In this document: positions 50,927 through 61,235 of the stretch, in pieces | Position numbering within the stretch: position 1 is the stretch's first letter | How the letters are laid out: each line of letters begins with the position of its first letter | NCBI GenBank assembly: GCA_002439875.1 | Contig: DJQB01000036.1 | Location: 139,079 to 203,078, forward strand | Direction of reading: 5' to 3' | Length of the DNA stretch: 64,000 nt | Source of the DNA: Bacteroidales bacterium UBA6397 | GTDB lineage: Bacteria; Bacteroidota; Bacteroidia; Bacteroidales; UBA932 | Position numbers and translations under genes: made by a program | The notes under the pieces: model-generated | Told to the model about the DNA's origin: nothing | Seen by the model: only the letters and a program-made list of their open reading frames with translations | Database searches by the model: none

Positions 50927-51871
50927 TTAATGTTTGAGACTTGGACAATTTGTCGCGGCGCGGCTCCGGTTGACGACGGCCACTCCGCTGAACACCATAA
51001 TGATGGCCACAATCTTTTGCCATGTCATCGTGTCCATCCCGCCGATGACGCTGAGCAGACAGGCCAGAATCGGCTGAAGGTAGGTGTACATAGCCACAAT
51101 GGTCGGACGGACGCTCTTCTGGCCGACCGGAATCAGGAAATAGGCCACGAATGTGGCAAAAAAGATAAGATAACCTATTTCAAGAACTTGCGGCAGCTTG
51201 ATGGCGGCATAGTCGGTGTGGATAAGGTCTCCGAAAGACAACGGCAATGACATCAGAAGTGAAAACAGGAACATCCACTTCATGAACGTGATCACTGAAT
51301 ATCTTTGGATGAGCGGCCTGAACGCTCCGAGGTACAGCGAGAAACTGATGCTGTTAAGGAACAGCAGGACGAAGCCCATCGGTTTAGTCGCCTCAATGCC
51401 ATTATGGCCATGCACTGAATTGAATATCAAGAATATGATTCCGATGAAGCTGATCCCGACCCCAATGGCCTTTTTCGCTGTGATAGGCTCTTTCACGAAG
51501 ATGAAAGCGAAGAACATCGTGAAGATCGGGCCGAGGGTTCCGATGATAGATGCGTCTATGGTCGTGGCCATCGTGATACCTTTGAGGAATGTGTACTGGG
51601 TGATGAAAAGCCCGAATATCGATGCCAACGCCATCTGTATCAGGTCCTTGGTCTGAACTTTCTCTTTAGGTGTGAACAGGGATATCAGCCAGAACAGAGC
51701 CGATGCTCCGATGGCTCTCAACGTGAACAGGGCGATGGGGGAGACGTTCACCGAGTTGGAGATGTCCTTCGTCAGCACGATGTTGACGCCGAAGATAGTA
51801 TAGGCCGCGAGCAGGGCCAGATGTCCTTTCAGATTGCCGCCCGCAATACCTTTCTGATCACTGTTCGCCAT
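50927..51871 (-). CDS. EamA/DMT-family transporter
   Basis: 314 aa with 10 TM helices in two repeats. Confidence 0.75.
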   Translation of the reverse strand: MANSDQKGIAGGNLKGHLALLAAYTIFGVNIVLTKDISNSVNVSPIALFTLRAIGASALFWLISLFTPKEKVQTKDLIQMALASIFGLFITQYTFLKGITMATTIDASIIGTLGPIFTMFFAFIFVKEPITAKKAIGVGISFIGIIFLIFNSVHGHNGIEATKPMGFVLLFLNSISFSLYLGAFRPLIQRYSVITFMKWMFLFSLLMSLPLSFGDLIHTDYAAIKLPQVLEIGYLIFFATFVAYFLIPVGQKSVRPTIVAMYTYLQPILACLLSVIGGMDTMTWQKIVAIIMVFSGVAVVNRSRAATNCPSLKH

Positions 51872-52298
51872 AGCCGTTCTCTGAGCATTGCGGGCATATC
51901 CCTTTAATAAGGTAGTTCGCCGTGGTTTCTGAATATCCCATCGGAAGCTTTACCGGTGGTATGTGTATTTCTTCAAGACAGAATGTGCGGTGGCATATCT
52001 CGCAGAAAAAATGCACGTGCGCGTCCTCGTCACGCTCTGAGTCGTGACTCAAACAGAGCTCGTAACGTGTACCATCACCGCCGTCCTCGATCGTATGGAC
52101 GAGGTGACGATCCTTGAACAGCGCGAGGCTTCTGAATATTCCCGACTTGTCGATCGTTCCTATCTTGTCCTCCAGCTCCATCAGGCTCAGCGGCCGCCCC
52201 TCAGTAAGGAGCGCCCCTGCCACTATCAGCCTGTTGGCCGTGGCTTTGATGTTGTGCCTTTCAAGCAGTTCTGTCAGGTCAGTGTTCGACATATTCAT
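51858..52298 (-). CDS. Fur-family metalloregulator (Zur/PerR-like)
   Basis: Motifs HVHFFCEICHRTFC and CPQC, plus an N-terminal winged helix. Confidence 0.8.
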   Translation of the reverse strand: MNMSNTDLTELLERHNIKATANRLIVAGALLTEGRPLSLMELEDKIGTIDKSGIFRSLALFKDRHLVHTIEDGGDGTRYELCLSHDSERDEDAHVHFFCEICHRTFCLEEIHIPPVKLPMGYSETTANYLIKGICPQCSENGYGEQ

Positions 52299-52325
52299 TT
52301 TACAAATTTACGCATTTTTCCACTT

Positions 52326-52340
52326 TGCAACCCGGTTGCA
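52326..52340. promoter_or_regulatory. Candidate operator palindrome between the Fur-family gene and the P-type ATPase gene
   Basis: Perfect 7-1-7 palindrome TGCAACC-C-GGTTGCA in the 92-bp divergent intergenic region. Confidence 0.45.
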
Positions 52341-52390
52341 TAATTTTTTTTTGACCTTTGCACCATTGAAATCAAAGTCAAAGAAAGAAT

Positions 52391-54274
52391 ATGGAAAAGG
52401 AAAACAAAATCAGATTCGCGAGAATCATTCTTTCAGCCGCCTTTCTCGGCGTGGCAGTCTTGGTGGAGAAGGGACTTGACCTCAGTGTCTGGCAACTTCT
52501 CATTGTCTATCTAATACCTTATCTCATCGCTGGTTACGACACCTTGCTTGAGGCTGGGGAGAAGATCGTGAAAGGTGACTTCTTCGATGAGGACTTCCTG
52601 ATGAGCATCGCCACGATCGGAGCGCTCTGCATCGGATTCCTTCCCGGAGCCGAGACCCAGTTCCCTGAGGCCGTCTTCGTGATGTTGTTCTTCCAGGTCG
52701 GAGAACTTTTCGAGGATATCGCCGAAGGCAGGAGCCGCAAGTCGATCTCAGCTCTGATGGACATAAGGCCTGACGCCGCAAATGTAGAGCGTGACGGGAA
52801 GATCTTGACTGTCAATCCTTCAGAAGTTAAGGTCGGTGAGACAATCATTGTCAGCCCCGGCGAGAAAGTCCCGATGGACGGGGTTGTTCTTGAAGGTACA
52901 TCAAGCCTTGACACTGTGGCGCTTACCGGCGAAAGTGTCCCTCGGACAATCGGACCTAAGGACAACATAATCTCCGGCTGTGTGAACCTTACCGGAGTCA
53001 TCCGCGCGAAAGTCACTAAGGCGTTCGGAGAGTCCACGGCCTCAAAGATTCTGAACCTTGTCGAGAACGCGTCAGCGAACAAATCCAGGAGCGAGAGCTT
53101 CATCTCAAGATTCGCAAGAATCTACACCCCGGTAGTCGTGTCCGCCGCACTGGTGTTGGCGTTCATCCCGCCTATCCTCTCTGGTGATTTCGGAGGTACT
53201 TTCGCCACGTGGCTCTACAGGGCGTTGACTTTCCTGATCGTTTCCTGCCCATGTGCCCTAGTGATCTCAGTCCCGCTTTCCTTCTTCGGTGGCATAGGCG
53301 GGGCATCAACGAAAGGAATTCTTGTCAAAGGCTCGAACTATCTTGAGGCCTTGGCAAAGGTCGGGATTGTTGTTTTTGACAAGACAGGAACTCTGACCGA
53401 AGGGGTGTTCGAGGTCACAGCTGTCCACCCTGAATTGATCAGCCAGAAGGAGCTTCTGCACCTTGCCGCGCACGTGGAAAGATACTCGTCACACCCGATC
53501 GCCGTATCATTGAAGCACGCTTACCCTGACGAGGCTGACGGATGTTCGGTAAAAGGTGTAGAGGAAATCGCGGGTCAGGGAGTCCGCGCTGTGGTGAACG
53601 GAAAGACAGTCTGCGTGGGCAACACCAAGATGATGGATGCGGTTGGTGCGCAGTGGAAGCCTTGCGAGAAAAACGGCACGATCGTGCACGTCAGTGTGGA
53701 TGGTGTCTATGTCGGACACATTGTGGTCTCAGATAGGATCAAGCCTGATTCCGCTGATGCGGTCAAGGCACTCAAGTCCGAAGGTGTCACAAAGACCGTG
53801 ATGCTTACCGGTGACAAGCGTGAGGTCGGAGAATATGTCGCCTCGGCCGTTGGCATTGATGAGTTCCGCGCGGAACTCATGCCCGCTGACAAAGTCTCTG
53901 AACTTGAGAGGCTTCTGAAAGAGAAGCCGGAAGGGAAGACTCTCGCTTTTGTCGGTGATGGCATCAACGACGCTCCGGTTCTTGCCAGAGCCGATCTTGG
54001 AATAGCGATGGGTGGACTCGGGTCTGACGCGGCGATTGAGGCGGCGGATGTCGTCCTGATGGATGACAAGCCATCGAAGATAGCCCTCGGCGTGAAGATC
54101 GCTCGCAAGACCCTGCTTCTGGCAAGGGAAAACACTTTCTTTGCCATATTTATAAAACTTCTTGTCCTCGTCCTTGCCGTTCTTGGTGTCGCGACGATGT
54201 GGATGGCGGTCTTCGCCGATGTCGGTGTCACCGTCCTCGCCGTCCTGAACGCTATGCGCGCCCTGAAGGTATAG
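52391..54274 (+). CDS. Heavy-metal translocating P1B-type ATPase (Zn/Cd/Co type)
   Basis: Motifs SCPCALVISVP (CPC), DKTGTLT and VGDGINDAP. Confidence 0.9.
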   Translation: MEKENKIRFARIILSAAFLGVAVLVEKGLDLSVWQLLIVYLIPYLIAGYDTLLEAGEKIVKGDFFDEDFLMSIATIGALCIGFLPGAETQFPEAVFVMLFFQVGELFEDIAEGRSRKSISALMDIRPDAANVERDGKILTVNPSEVKVGETIIVSPGEKVPMDGVVLEGTSSLDTVALTGESVPRTIGPKDNIISGCVNLTGVIRAKVTKAFGESTASKILNLVENASANKSRSESFISRFARIYTPVVVSAALVLAFIPPILSGDFGGTFATWLYRALTFLIVSCPCALVISVPLSFFGGIGGASTKGILVKGSNYLEALAKVGIVVFDKTGTLTEGVFEVTAVHPELISQKELLHLAAHVERYSSHPIAVSLKHAYPDEADGCSVKGVEEIAGQGVRAVVNGKTVCVGNTKMMDAVGAQWKPCEKNGTIVHVSVDGVYVGHIVVSDRIKPDSADAVKALKSEGVTKTVMLTGDKREVGEYVASAVGIDEFRAELMPADKVSELERLLKEKPEGKTLAFVGDGINDAPVLARADLGIAMGGLGSDAAIEAADVVLMDDKPSKIALGVKIARKTLLLARENTFFAIFIKLLVLVLAVLGVATMWMAVFADVGVTVLAVLNAMRALKV

Positions 54275-54438
54275 TGTGACAGACACACTAGATCTTAAAC
54301 CTCCAGCCCCAGAGGTGCACTGGGAAAGGATTCCCCGAAACCCCTTTGGCCACTTCGCTACTAATTTATGACCCTCTTACTTTTTTTTGCGAAATTGCAA
54401 AGGAAGGCGGGTCATCTTTTTTTATTAATTTTGCAGTT

Positions 54439-55263
54439 ATGAAAACGAACGTGAAAACAGTGCTGGTGACCGGCGGAAGCAGCGGAATCGGGGCAGCGAC
54501 AGCGCGGCTTCTTTGCGATGCCGGGATGACGGTGTATGCAGCGTCAAGGAGAGGGAAGGCTCCGGAGGGATCTTCACAGAACGTGAATATGATTCCAGTG
54601 GTGATGGATGTGAATGACGCTGAGGCGATTGCCGTTGTGGTTGAGAGAATTGTCCGTGAGCGGGGAAGTCTTGACGCAGTGGTCTGCAACGCCGGTAACG
54701 GAATCGCCGGACCTATTGAGGAAACTTCCGTCGAAGAGATCGAGGCTCAATATTCAACAACATTTTATGGGGTAGTCAAGACGGTGCAGGCCTGCCTGCC
54801 GGTTTTCCGGAAACAGGGGCACGGGCGTGTGGTGACAGTCTCGTCTGTTGCCGCTTTGGCACCGCTGCCGTACCAAGGCTATTATTCATGCGTGAAGGCT
54901 GGAATATTACAACTTACAAAGGCGTTGGCCATTGAGACAAAGGAGTTTGGCGTGCAATGCTGCGTTGTGATGCCGGGAGATGTCAAGACCGGATTCACAA
55001 AGGCCCGCCGTGTGGCTGTGAAAACCCAAAGAGAAGACTCTCCTTACTATAAAGACTGCGCAGACGCTGTCGCCGCTATGGCAAAGGACGAACGTGAGGG
55101 AATGAACCCTGAGGTCATCGGTAAGGCCATTCTGAGGCAACTCAAGCGAAGGAATATGAAGACGGAGGTTACTCCAACGTTCCTTTACAGCCTACTGGTG
55201 TTTCTGATCCGCCGTCTGCCTCAAAGACTGGTGCTCAATGTGATAGGCTGGATGTATTCCTGA
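54439..55263 (+). CDS. Short-chain dehydrogenase/reductase (SDR)
   Basis: Motif TGGSSGIGAATA and a YSCVK catalytic motif. ATG at 54439. Confidence 0.8.
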   Translation: MKTNVKTVLVTGGSSGIGAATARLLCDAGMTVYAASRRGKAPEGSSQNVNMIPVVMDVNDAEAIAVVVERIVRERGSLDAVVCNAGNGIAGPIEETSVEEIEAQYSTTFYGVVKTVQACLPVFRKQGHGRVVTVSSVAALAPLPYQGYYSCVKAGILQLTKALAIETKEFGVQCCVVMPGDVKTGFTKARRVAVKTQREDSPYYKDCADAVAAMAKDEREGMNPEVIGKAILRQLKRRNMKTEVTPTFLYSLLVFLIRRLPQRLVLNVIGWMYS

Positions 55264-56157
55264 TTACTGGGAATCGTCCTCTGGCTCAAGGTGAAGGGAA
55301 ATCTGCGTCTCGGCGCCGAATTCCTTGCGAAGAGCCTCCTCGACTTTCTTGGAGATGTCGTGAGCCACTTTCAAAGAAATTTCGGAATCCAGAACAAGGT
55401 GCCCTTCCATTATTATCCCCGGACCCTCACGGCGTGTCTTAAGTTCGTGAAGGTCAATGACTCCTTTGATTGATTTGGCGGTAATCTTGATCTTGTCCTC
55501 AACATCGTCCGGAAGCGACACGTCCAGCAGCTCCCTTATGGCAGGCACGGACATCTTCACAGCCATCACCAGAATGAATATGCTGATGACGCATCCTGTG
55601 ATCGGGTCAAGTATGACGAATTTGTCACCAAGGAATATGGCCCCCGCGATTCCGAGCAAGGAGCCAACGGACGAAAAAGCGTCCGAGCGGTGATGCCAGG
55701 CGTTGGCTATCATCATCGGGCTGTTCAGAGCCTTTCCCTGAACGATCGTGTAACGGTAAAGAATCTCTTTCAAGACGATTGACGCTATGGCAGCCCACAA
55801 GGCAATCATACCAGGTGAACTTACCTCTCCTCCATCAAGGATCAGATGGATCTTGCTTATGCCACCGGACATAAGGTTGGCGGCCACTACGATCAGCATC
55901 AGGCTGATTATCAGCGTGGCGAAAGTCTCGAACTTCCCGTGCCCGTAGTCGTGGTCCTTGTCCCTTCCCTTGGCGGAGATCTTGACGAAGAAGATCACGA
56001 CAATGTCACTCAAAAGATCTGACAGAGAATGGATTCCGTCAGCGATCATCGCTGTGGAGCGTCCGAGGACACCGGCAATTATCTTGAACACGGTCAGTAT
56101 TATGTTGACTACCGATCCGACCAATGTGACGAATGTGACTTTTGCTGTCCTGTCCAT
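55264..56157 (-). CDS. Cation diffusion facilitator (CDF) metal efflux transporter
   Basis: ATG at 56157 (MDRTAKVTF). The segments HSLSDLLSD and HHRSDAFSS are typical of CDF proteins. Confidence 0.8.
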   Translation of the reverse strand: MDRTAKVTFVTLVGSVVNIILTVFKIIAGVLGRSTAMIADGIHSLSDLLSDIVVIFFVKISAKGRDKDHDYGHGKFETFATLIISLMLIVVAANLMSGGISKIHLILDGGEVSSPGMIALWAAIASIVLKEILYRYTIVQGKALNSPMMIANAWHHRSDAFSSVGSLLGIAGAIFLGDKFVILDPITGCVISIFILVMAVKMSVPAIRELLDVSLPDDVEDKIKITAKSIKGVIDLHELKTRREGPGIIMEGHLVLDSEISLKVAHDISKKVEEALRKEFGAETQISLHLEPEDDSQ

Positions 56158-57464
56158 TATGAGTAGCGTTTTGGAAGTCTGAATATGATTGAGATGCAAG
56201 CAACAGCGCAGAGTACGAACGGGTAGTAGAGGCAAGGAATGATCGCTGCCGCTGAGATGCTGGCGAATCCTGAGGCCATCAGAAGCTGTGCACCATAAGG
56301 AATTATGCCCTGGACGACACAGGAAAACGTGTCCAGAAGGCTAGCGGATTTCCTCGGGTCAAGCCCGAATTTCTTGGTGATGTCGCGGGCGATGTCACCA
56401 GTGGTAAGGATTGCAATCGTGTTGTTTGCGGTACAGAAATTCGACAGTCCCACAAGTCCAGCGATGCTGAACTCAGCTCCTCTCTTTCCTTTGATACCTT
56501 TGGTTAAACCTTTGATGATGAAATCTATGCCACCGTTGTGGCGAATCAGTTCCAACATGCCACCGGAAAGCATCGTCACGATGATAAGCTCGCCCATTCC
56601 TGCGATTCCGTCCCCGACACTGCCGAGGAAGCCGAGCCAGGTCATTCCGTTGACGAATCCAATCGTCGCGCTCAATGCCAGACCTATTCCGAGTACAAGA
56701 AGGACATTAAGCCCGCAGAGAGCCAGCACGATGACCGAAAGATAGGGAATCAATTTGACATATTCAATCTCCCCGATTTCCGGTGTGGCTACGTGGTTGA
56801 ATCCGATGGCGATGTAGATGATTGTGACGATCAATGCAGCCGGACCACAGATCCAGATGTTGGCCTTGAACTTGTCTGACATCGAACAACCTTGGGATGT
56901 GGTCGATGCGATTGTGGTGTCCGAGATGAAGGACATGTTGTCACCGAAAAACGCCCCACCGACTATCAACCCGGTCAGCATCGCAAGAGACAGTCCAGAT
57001 TGTTCCGCCAATCCGGATGCTATAGGAACCAGCGCCACCACAGTCCCGACGCTTGTGCCTATAGCCATCGAGATGAAGCAGGAGGCAAGAAACAACCCGG
57101 CCAGCAGCCATTTCCCAGGCAGAATCGTAAGCGTGAGATTGACAGTCGCCTCCACGCTCCCGATGGCCTTCGCTGTCGTGGCGAACGCCCCCGCCATCAC
57201 GAATATCCAGATCATGAGCAAGACGTTCTTGTTGCCTGCCCCGCCAGAGAATATGCTGATTCTATCGTTCACTGAGCCTTTTGTGATCAGCATAGCATAA
57301 ATCGACGCAATCAGAAACGCTGACGCCACCGGCACCTTGTAAAAGTCATGCGCCACCAGTGATGACACCAGATAAGTCACCAAAAACACCGCCAGCGGAC
57401 TCAGCGCCAGCCAACCGTTCATCCTTCGTCTTGTAAGTTCGTCCTTTTCCATAATCGTCGGCAA
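56157..57464 (-). CDS. Na+/H+ antiporter, NhaC family
   Basis: 435 aa polytopic membrane protein with overall NhaC-like organisation. The exact start is uncertain (57464 or 57452). Confidence 0.65.
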   Translation of the reverse strand: MPTIMEKDELTRRRMNGWLALSPLAVFLVTYLVSSLVAHDFYKVPVASAFLIASIYAMLITKGSVNDRISIFSGGAGNKNVLLMIWIFVMAGAFATTAKAIGSVEATVNLTLTILPGKWLLAGLFLASCFISMAIGTSVGTVVALVPIASGLAEQSGLSLAMLTGLIVGGAFFGDNMSFISDTTIASTTSQGCSMSDKFKANIWICGPAALIVTIIYIAIGFNHVATPEIGEIEYVKLIPYLSVIVLALCGLNVLLVLGIGLALSATIGFVNGMTWLGFLGSVGDGIAGMGELIIVTMLSGGMLELIRHNGGIDFIIKGLTKGIKGKRGAEFSIAGLVGLSNFCTANNTIAILTTGDIARDITKKFGLDPRKSASLLDTFSCVVQGIIPYGAQLLMASGFASISAAAIIPCLYYPFVLCAVACISIIFRLPKRYS

Positions 57465-57556
57465 AGTTAGCGATCATAATCGGAATAATAAGAGAATATT
57501 TTTGAATGTTCATAGTTATAATTGGAATAATGCCTACATTTGTCGAAGATCAAATT

Positions 57557-58384
57557 ATGATTGCTATGAACAACGAGATTCTGACTTTTGCGGCGGTGGC
57601 GGTAACGCTTTCCTGGGGACTGGTCTCTTGCTCTGACAAGGAGACGGAGGTCACTACTTATGAAAACACTTATGAGCAGACGCTGGTGCAGGATGACTCG
57701 GCGTCGGTGCGGATAAGCCATTCAATTGAATATTACAAGTCACTCAAAGGCTCCAAGGCTCCGCGCGGGAAGATCAACGACGCCATCGTCAGATGCTGCT
57801 TCGGAGAGGAATATGCCGGGCTGACTGTCGAGGAGGCTTCTGATGCCGTTTCCGACACTTTAATAGCTGGCTATCAGAAAGATGCCGGGCAGAGTTATGA
57901 GGAATATCTTGCATATTCCAAAGATAATGGGGACGATGACTATTGGAATCCGGCCACATTCTGCAACTGGTACTATAGGACTTCCGGAGGCTTCGGGGAG
58001 GAATTTATGAATCTCCTGACCTATCAGGTGCTCAGTGAAAGCTACACCGGAGGAGCACACGGGATGTATTACTCAATTCCATACATCATCGATATGACGA
58101 CCGGAGAGATTGTGACCGAGAACGATTTGTTCCTACCTGGTTATGTCGCTCCTGTTACCGGGCTGATCAAGGCTAAGATCAAGCACGAGCAGGGAGGTGA
58201 TTCCTTCGAAGGCATGTTCCAGGAAGGAATGGTGCCTAACGGAAAATGTGGAGTCTCCATTGAAGGCGTAACTTGGTTCTACCAGCCTTACGAGGTCGCC
58301 TCTTATGCGGAAGGCATAATCAAGGTCACTATCAGTTGGACGGATTTGAAGCCTTATCTGAATCCTGAATATATCAAACTCTAG
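57557..58384 (+). CDS. DUF3298/DUF4163-type lipoprotein
   Basis: Lipobox GLVSC and the motif SYTGGAHGMY. Confidence 0.65.
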   Translation: MIAMNNEILTFAAVAVTLSWGLVSCSDKETEVTTYENTYEQTLVQDDSASVRISHSIEYYKSLKGSKAPRGKINDAIVRCCFGEEYAGLTVEEASDAVSDTLIAGYQKDAGQSYEEYLAYSKDNGDDDYWNPATFCNWYYRTSGGFGEEFMNLLTYQVLSESYTGGAHGMYYSIPYIIDMTTGEIVTENDLFLPGYVAPVTGLIKAKIKHEQGGDSFEGMFQEGMVPNGKCGVSIEGVTWFYQPYEVASYAEGIIKVTISWTDLKPYLNPEYIKL

Positions 58385-60630
58385 ACAGTTTCTAATTCGC
58401 TGATATTCCCGGCAATCCAAACTGTGTCACCGGCCTGGAACCTGAAATCAGGCTCCGGGTTGGTGATAAACTCAGAGTCTCGCAGCACGCTGATGACCAT
58501 ACAGTGGTATTTTCTGAGATTCAAGCTCATTAATGTCTTGCCTGTTAAGAAGGAATCAGCCGCAAGGATCTCAGGTTTAATTTTAAAGCCGGATCCGGAA
58601 TCCGGTGCCACGTGTACGGTGGCTTCCGTGAACATATTCTTCAACGAATCCAACTGTGCGGATGTCCCAACAGCCAGCAGCTCGTCTCCGGGAAACAGGA
58701 CCACATCGCCTGACGGAACGATGAAGTGCTGGTCTCCACGATTGATCTTGATGATGTTCGCACCGGTCTCGGCCCGCAGCGGAATGTCTTTCAGGGCTAC
58801 CCCGGCATAGGATGAGTTTTGCCCGATGGTCAAGGTATCGGTGTGGACATTGTAGTCAGCGAGATTCTGACTGACGGATGAAGACACGGGTTTGCTGCGG
58901 CGTTCATCCTCCTCTTTCTCGTTATAGTTGGAGAGGAAGCGCATCTCCAATGCAGAGTATCTGTGGATTGACTGGCGCGCGAATAAGATGAAGATGATTC
59001 CCGCGAAGAAAATGGCGAGGACAGTCCAACCTGCCAGATGAAAATAAGAGGAAAGGACAGCAAGGACGATTCCAACCGCAAGGAATGACCTTGCGAAAAT
59101 CAGTCCCATCAAAGGCCAGACATTGCTCTCTTTCTCTTTAAGAAGTTTCGGGGCTGACTTGCTGATGGAACCGGAATGAACACCTAGCCCGAAAAGAAAA
59201 GGAAGCATCATGAGAAGGGTTATTCCGACCTCTATTATCTTCTGGATTGTCGTGCTCAGATCGGGCAACAGTTTTCCGATGGCGGGTCTCAGGTAGAGTT
59301 TAGACCCGATATAGATGGCGATTAAGATCACTCCGTAGAGAATGATCCGGGTGAAATAGGCACTGAGCAAGGTTTTCCATTCATTATGCTCGACTGCTGT
59401 CGCCCGCTTGCCGGAATCGTTCATCTGTTGTAGCCTTTTGACCCATGAAGCCGGAAGCCGTTTACATAAAAGATTGTAGCAAGGATCAGCCAGTTTAATC
59501 ATGAATGGAGTCGTGAATGTCGTGATGACGGAGACAGAGATGATTACTGGATAGATGAAGTCCCTCATCACGCCAAGTGTGCAGCCTACCCCGGCTATGA
59601 TGAAACCGAACTCTCCGAGCTGGGCTAGGCTGAAGCCGGTGTGGACAGCGTTGTCAAGGCCGTTCCCCGTCAGGATTATCCCGGTTCCGGCGAAAATGAT
59701 GTGGCTCACGACCACTATTACGGCTATGAGGAGTATCACCGGCCAATGCTCAGCGATGACCGAAGGGGAGACCATCATACCTACAGAGATAAAGAATATC
59801 GCACCGAACAGATTCTTGATGGGTTCCACAATGTGGTCGATATGCTCGCTTTCCGAGGTCTCGGCAAGGATTGAACCCATCACGAATGCGCCAAGGGCTG
59901 AAGAGAATCCGACCGAGATGGCAAGTGCGACCATTCCGAAGCAAAGTCCCAGGCTGACAATCAGGAGTATCTCGTCACTAAGGTATTTCTTGGCCTTCTT
60001 CAGCAATGTCGGTATGACATAAATCCCGACAAGAAACCAAAGTATCAGGAAAAAGGCCAACTTGGCTATGTTCATGATCAGTTCCTTTCCTGCGAATGTC
60101 TGCGAGACCGCCATCGTCGAGAGAAGCACCATCAGAAGAATCGCTATTAGATCCTCCACTACAAGTGTCCCGAACACCACTCCGGCGTAGGGTTTGTTCT
60201 TAAGCCCAAGATCCTCGTAGGATTTCAGCACCACTATCGTTGACGACATAGACAGCAGGCCGCCCAGGAAAACGCTTTCCATAAAGCTCCAGGACAGGGC
60301 CTGCGCGGTGACAAAACCAATGATGAACACTCCGACGAATTTCACTGCCGCGGTGACGATCGCACTTCCTCCGACTTTCAGCAATTTCTTGAAGCTGAAC
60401 TCGAGGCCTAGTCCGAACATGAGGAAGATAATGCCAATCTCCGACCATTGGTGCACAGTCGCCTCGCTGGAGACTCCAGGAAAGAAACTGATGTTAGGGC
60501 CTATGAGAAATCCTGCAATGATATAACCTATGATAAGAGGCTGCTTCAAAGCCTTGGAGATTATGGTGAACACTCCGGCCGAAATAAGTATCACGGCCAG
60601 GTCTCGCACAATGTTCATTTCGTCAGACAT
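58381..60630 (-). CDS. CPA2 cation:proton antiporter (Kef-type) with C-terminal TrkA_C/RCK_C domains
   Basis: 749 aa with an N-terminal ~400 aa polytopic domain. The C-terminal repeats ...GDQHFIVPSGDVVLFPGDELLAVG and ...EPDFRFQAGDTVWIAG are present. Confidence 0.75.
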   Translation of the reverse strand: MSDEMNIVRDLAVILISAGVFTIISKALKQPLIIGYIIAGFLIGPNISFFPGVSSEATVHQWSEIGIIFLMFGLGLEFSFKKLLKVGGSAIVTAAVKFVGVFIIGFVTAQALSWSFMESVFLGGLLSMSSTIVVLKSYEDLGLKNKPYAGVVFGTLVVEDLIAILLMVLLSTMAVSQTFAGKELIMNIAKLAFFLILWFLVGIYVIPTLLKKAKKYLSDEILLIVSLGLCFGMVALAISVGFSSALGAFVMGSILAETSESEHIDHIVEPIKNLFGAIFFISVGMMVSPSVIAEHWPVILLIAVIVVVSHIIFAGTGIILTGNGLDNAVHTGFSLAQLGEFGFIIAGVGCTLGVMRDFIYPVIISVSVITTFTTPFMIKLADPCYNLLCKRLPASWVKRLQQMNDSGKRATAVEHNEWKTLLSAYFTRIILYGVILIAIYIGSKLYLRPAIGKLLPDLSTTIQKIIEVGITLLMMLPFLFGLGVHSGSISKSAPKLLKEKESNVWPLMGLIFARSFLAVGIVLAVLSSYFHLAGWTVLAIFFAGIIFILFARQSIHRYSALEMRFLSNYNEKEEDERRSKPVSSSVSQNLADYNVHTDTLTIGQNSSYAGVALKDIPLRAETGANIIKINRGDQHFIVPSGDVVLFPGDELLAVGTSAQLDSLKNMFTEATVHVAPDSGSGFKIKPEILAADSFLTGKTLMSLNLRKYHCMVISVLRDSEFITNPEPDFRFQAGDTVWIAGNISELETV

Positions 60631-60773
60631 TTCTCGCTCGTTTAGTAATTAACATCCTGTCTGCGGCAAAATATTCTTTGCCACCTATGAAACGACAAAT
60701 TTACTGAATAGATTTGCTAATTATCCAAAGTTTCATGTTTTTTATGTAAGTTTGCCGTCCGAAACCGAGAGAG

Positions 60774-61235
60774 ATGTCCATGCCCAGTGTTGAAATAGCC
60801 AAAAGATTTATCGGATTTTCCGCATCGAGCCTTCTTGGAACGATTGTGGACACGGTTGTGCTTTGGGTATTCTCGAAGTGGGTTTTCAGTTCTTATGTAG
60901 GGGAGTACATAGTCTCACCGGCAATCTCGTTCGAGTGCGCTGCTGTGACAAATTTTGTGGTGGCCTATTTCTTTATCTGGAAGGACAGGGTGACGTGCCG
61001 GAGCAAAAGGTCATTCTTCCGGCATCTTTGCGGCTACAATCTTTCCTGCATCGGGGCGTTTCTTGTGAAGATGGCCTTCCTTCTTCTTATCCAAAGAATT
61101 TTCCGCTGGGATGTAGTGTGGTGCAACCTCTTGGCGTTATGCGTGTCAGGAGGACTGAACTTCTTTATGAGCGAAAGGGTGGTCTTCCGCAGGAAGAAAG
61201 CGCTTCCTCCTCACAAGATTGAGAAGGAGGGCTAG
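60774..61235 (+). CDS. GtrA-family membrane protein
   Basis: 153 aa, 4 TM helices, with a FSASSLLGTIVDTVVLW pattern. Confidence 0.6.
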   Translation: MSMPSVEIAKRFIGFSASSLLGTIVDTVVLWVFSKWVFSSYVGEYIVSPAISFECAAVTNFVVAYFFIWKDRVTCRSKRSFFRHLCGYNLSCIGAFLVKMAFLLLIQRIFRWDVVWCNLLALCVSGGLNFFMSERVVFRRKKALPPHKIEKEG

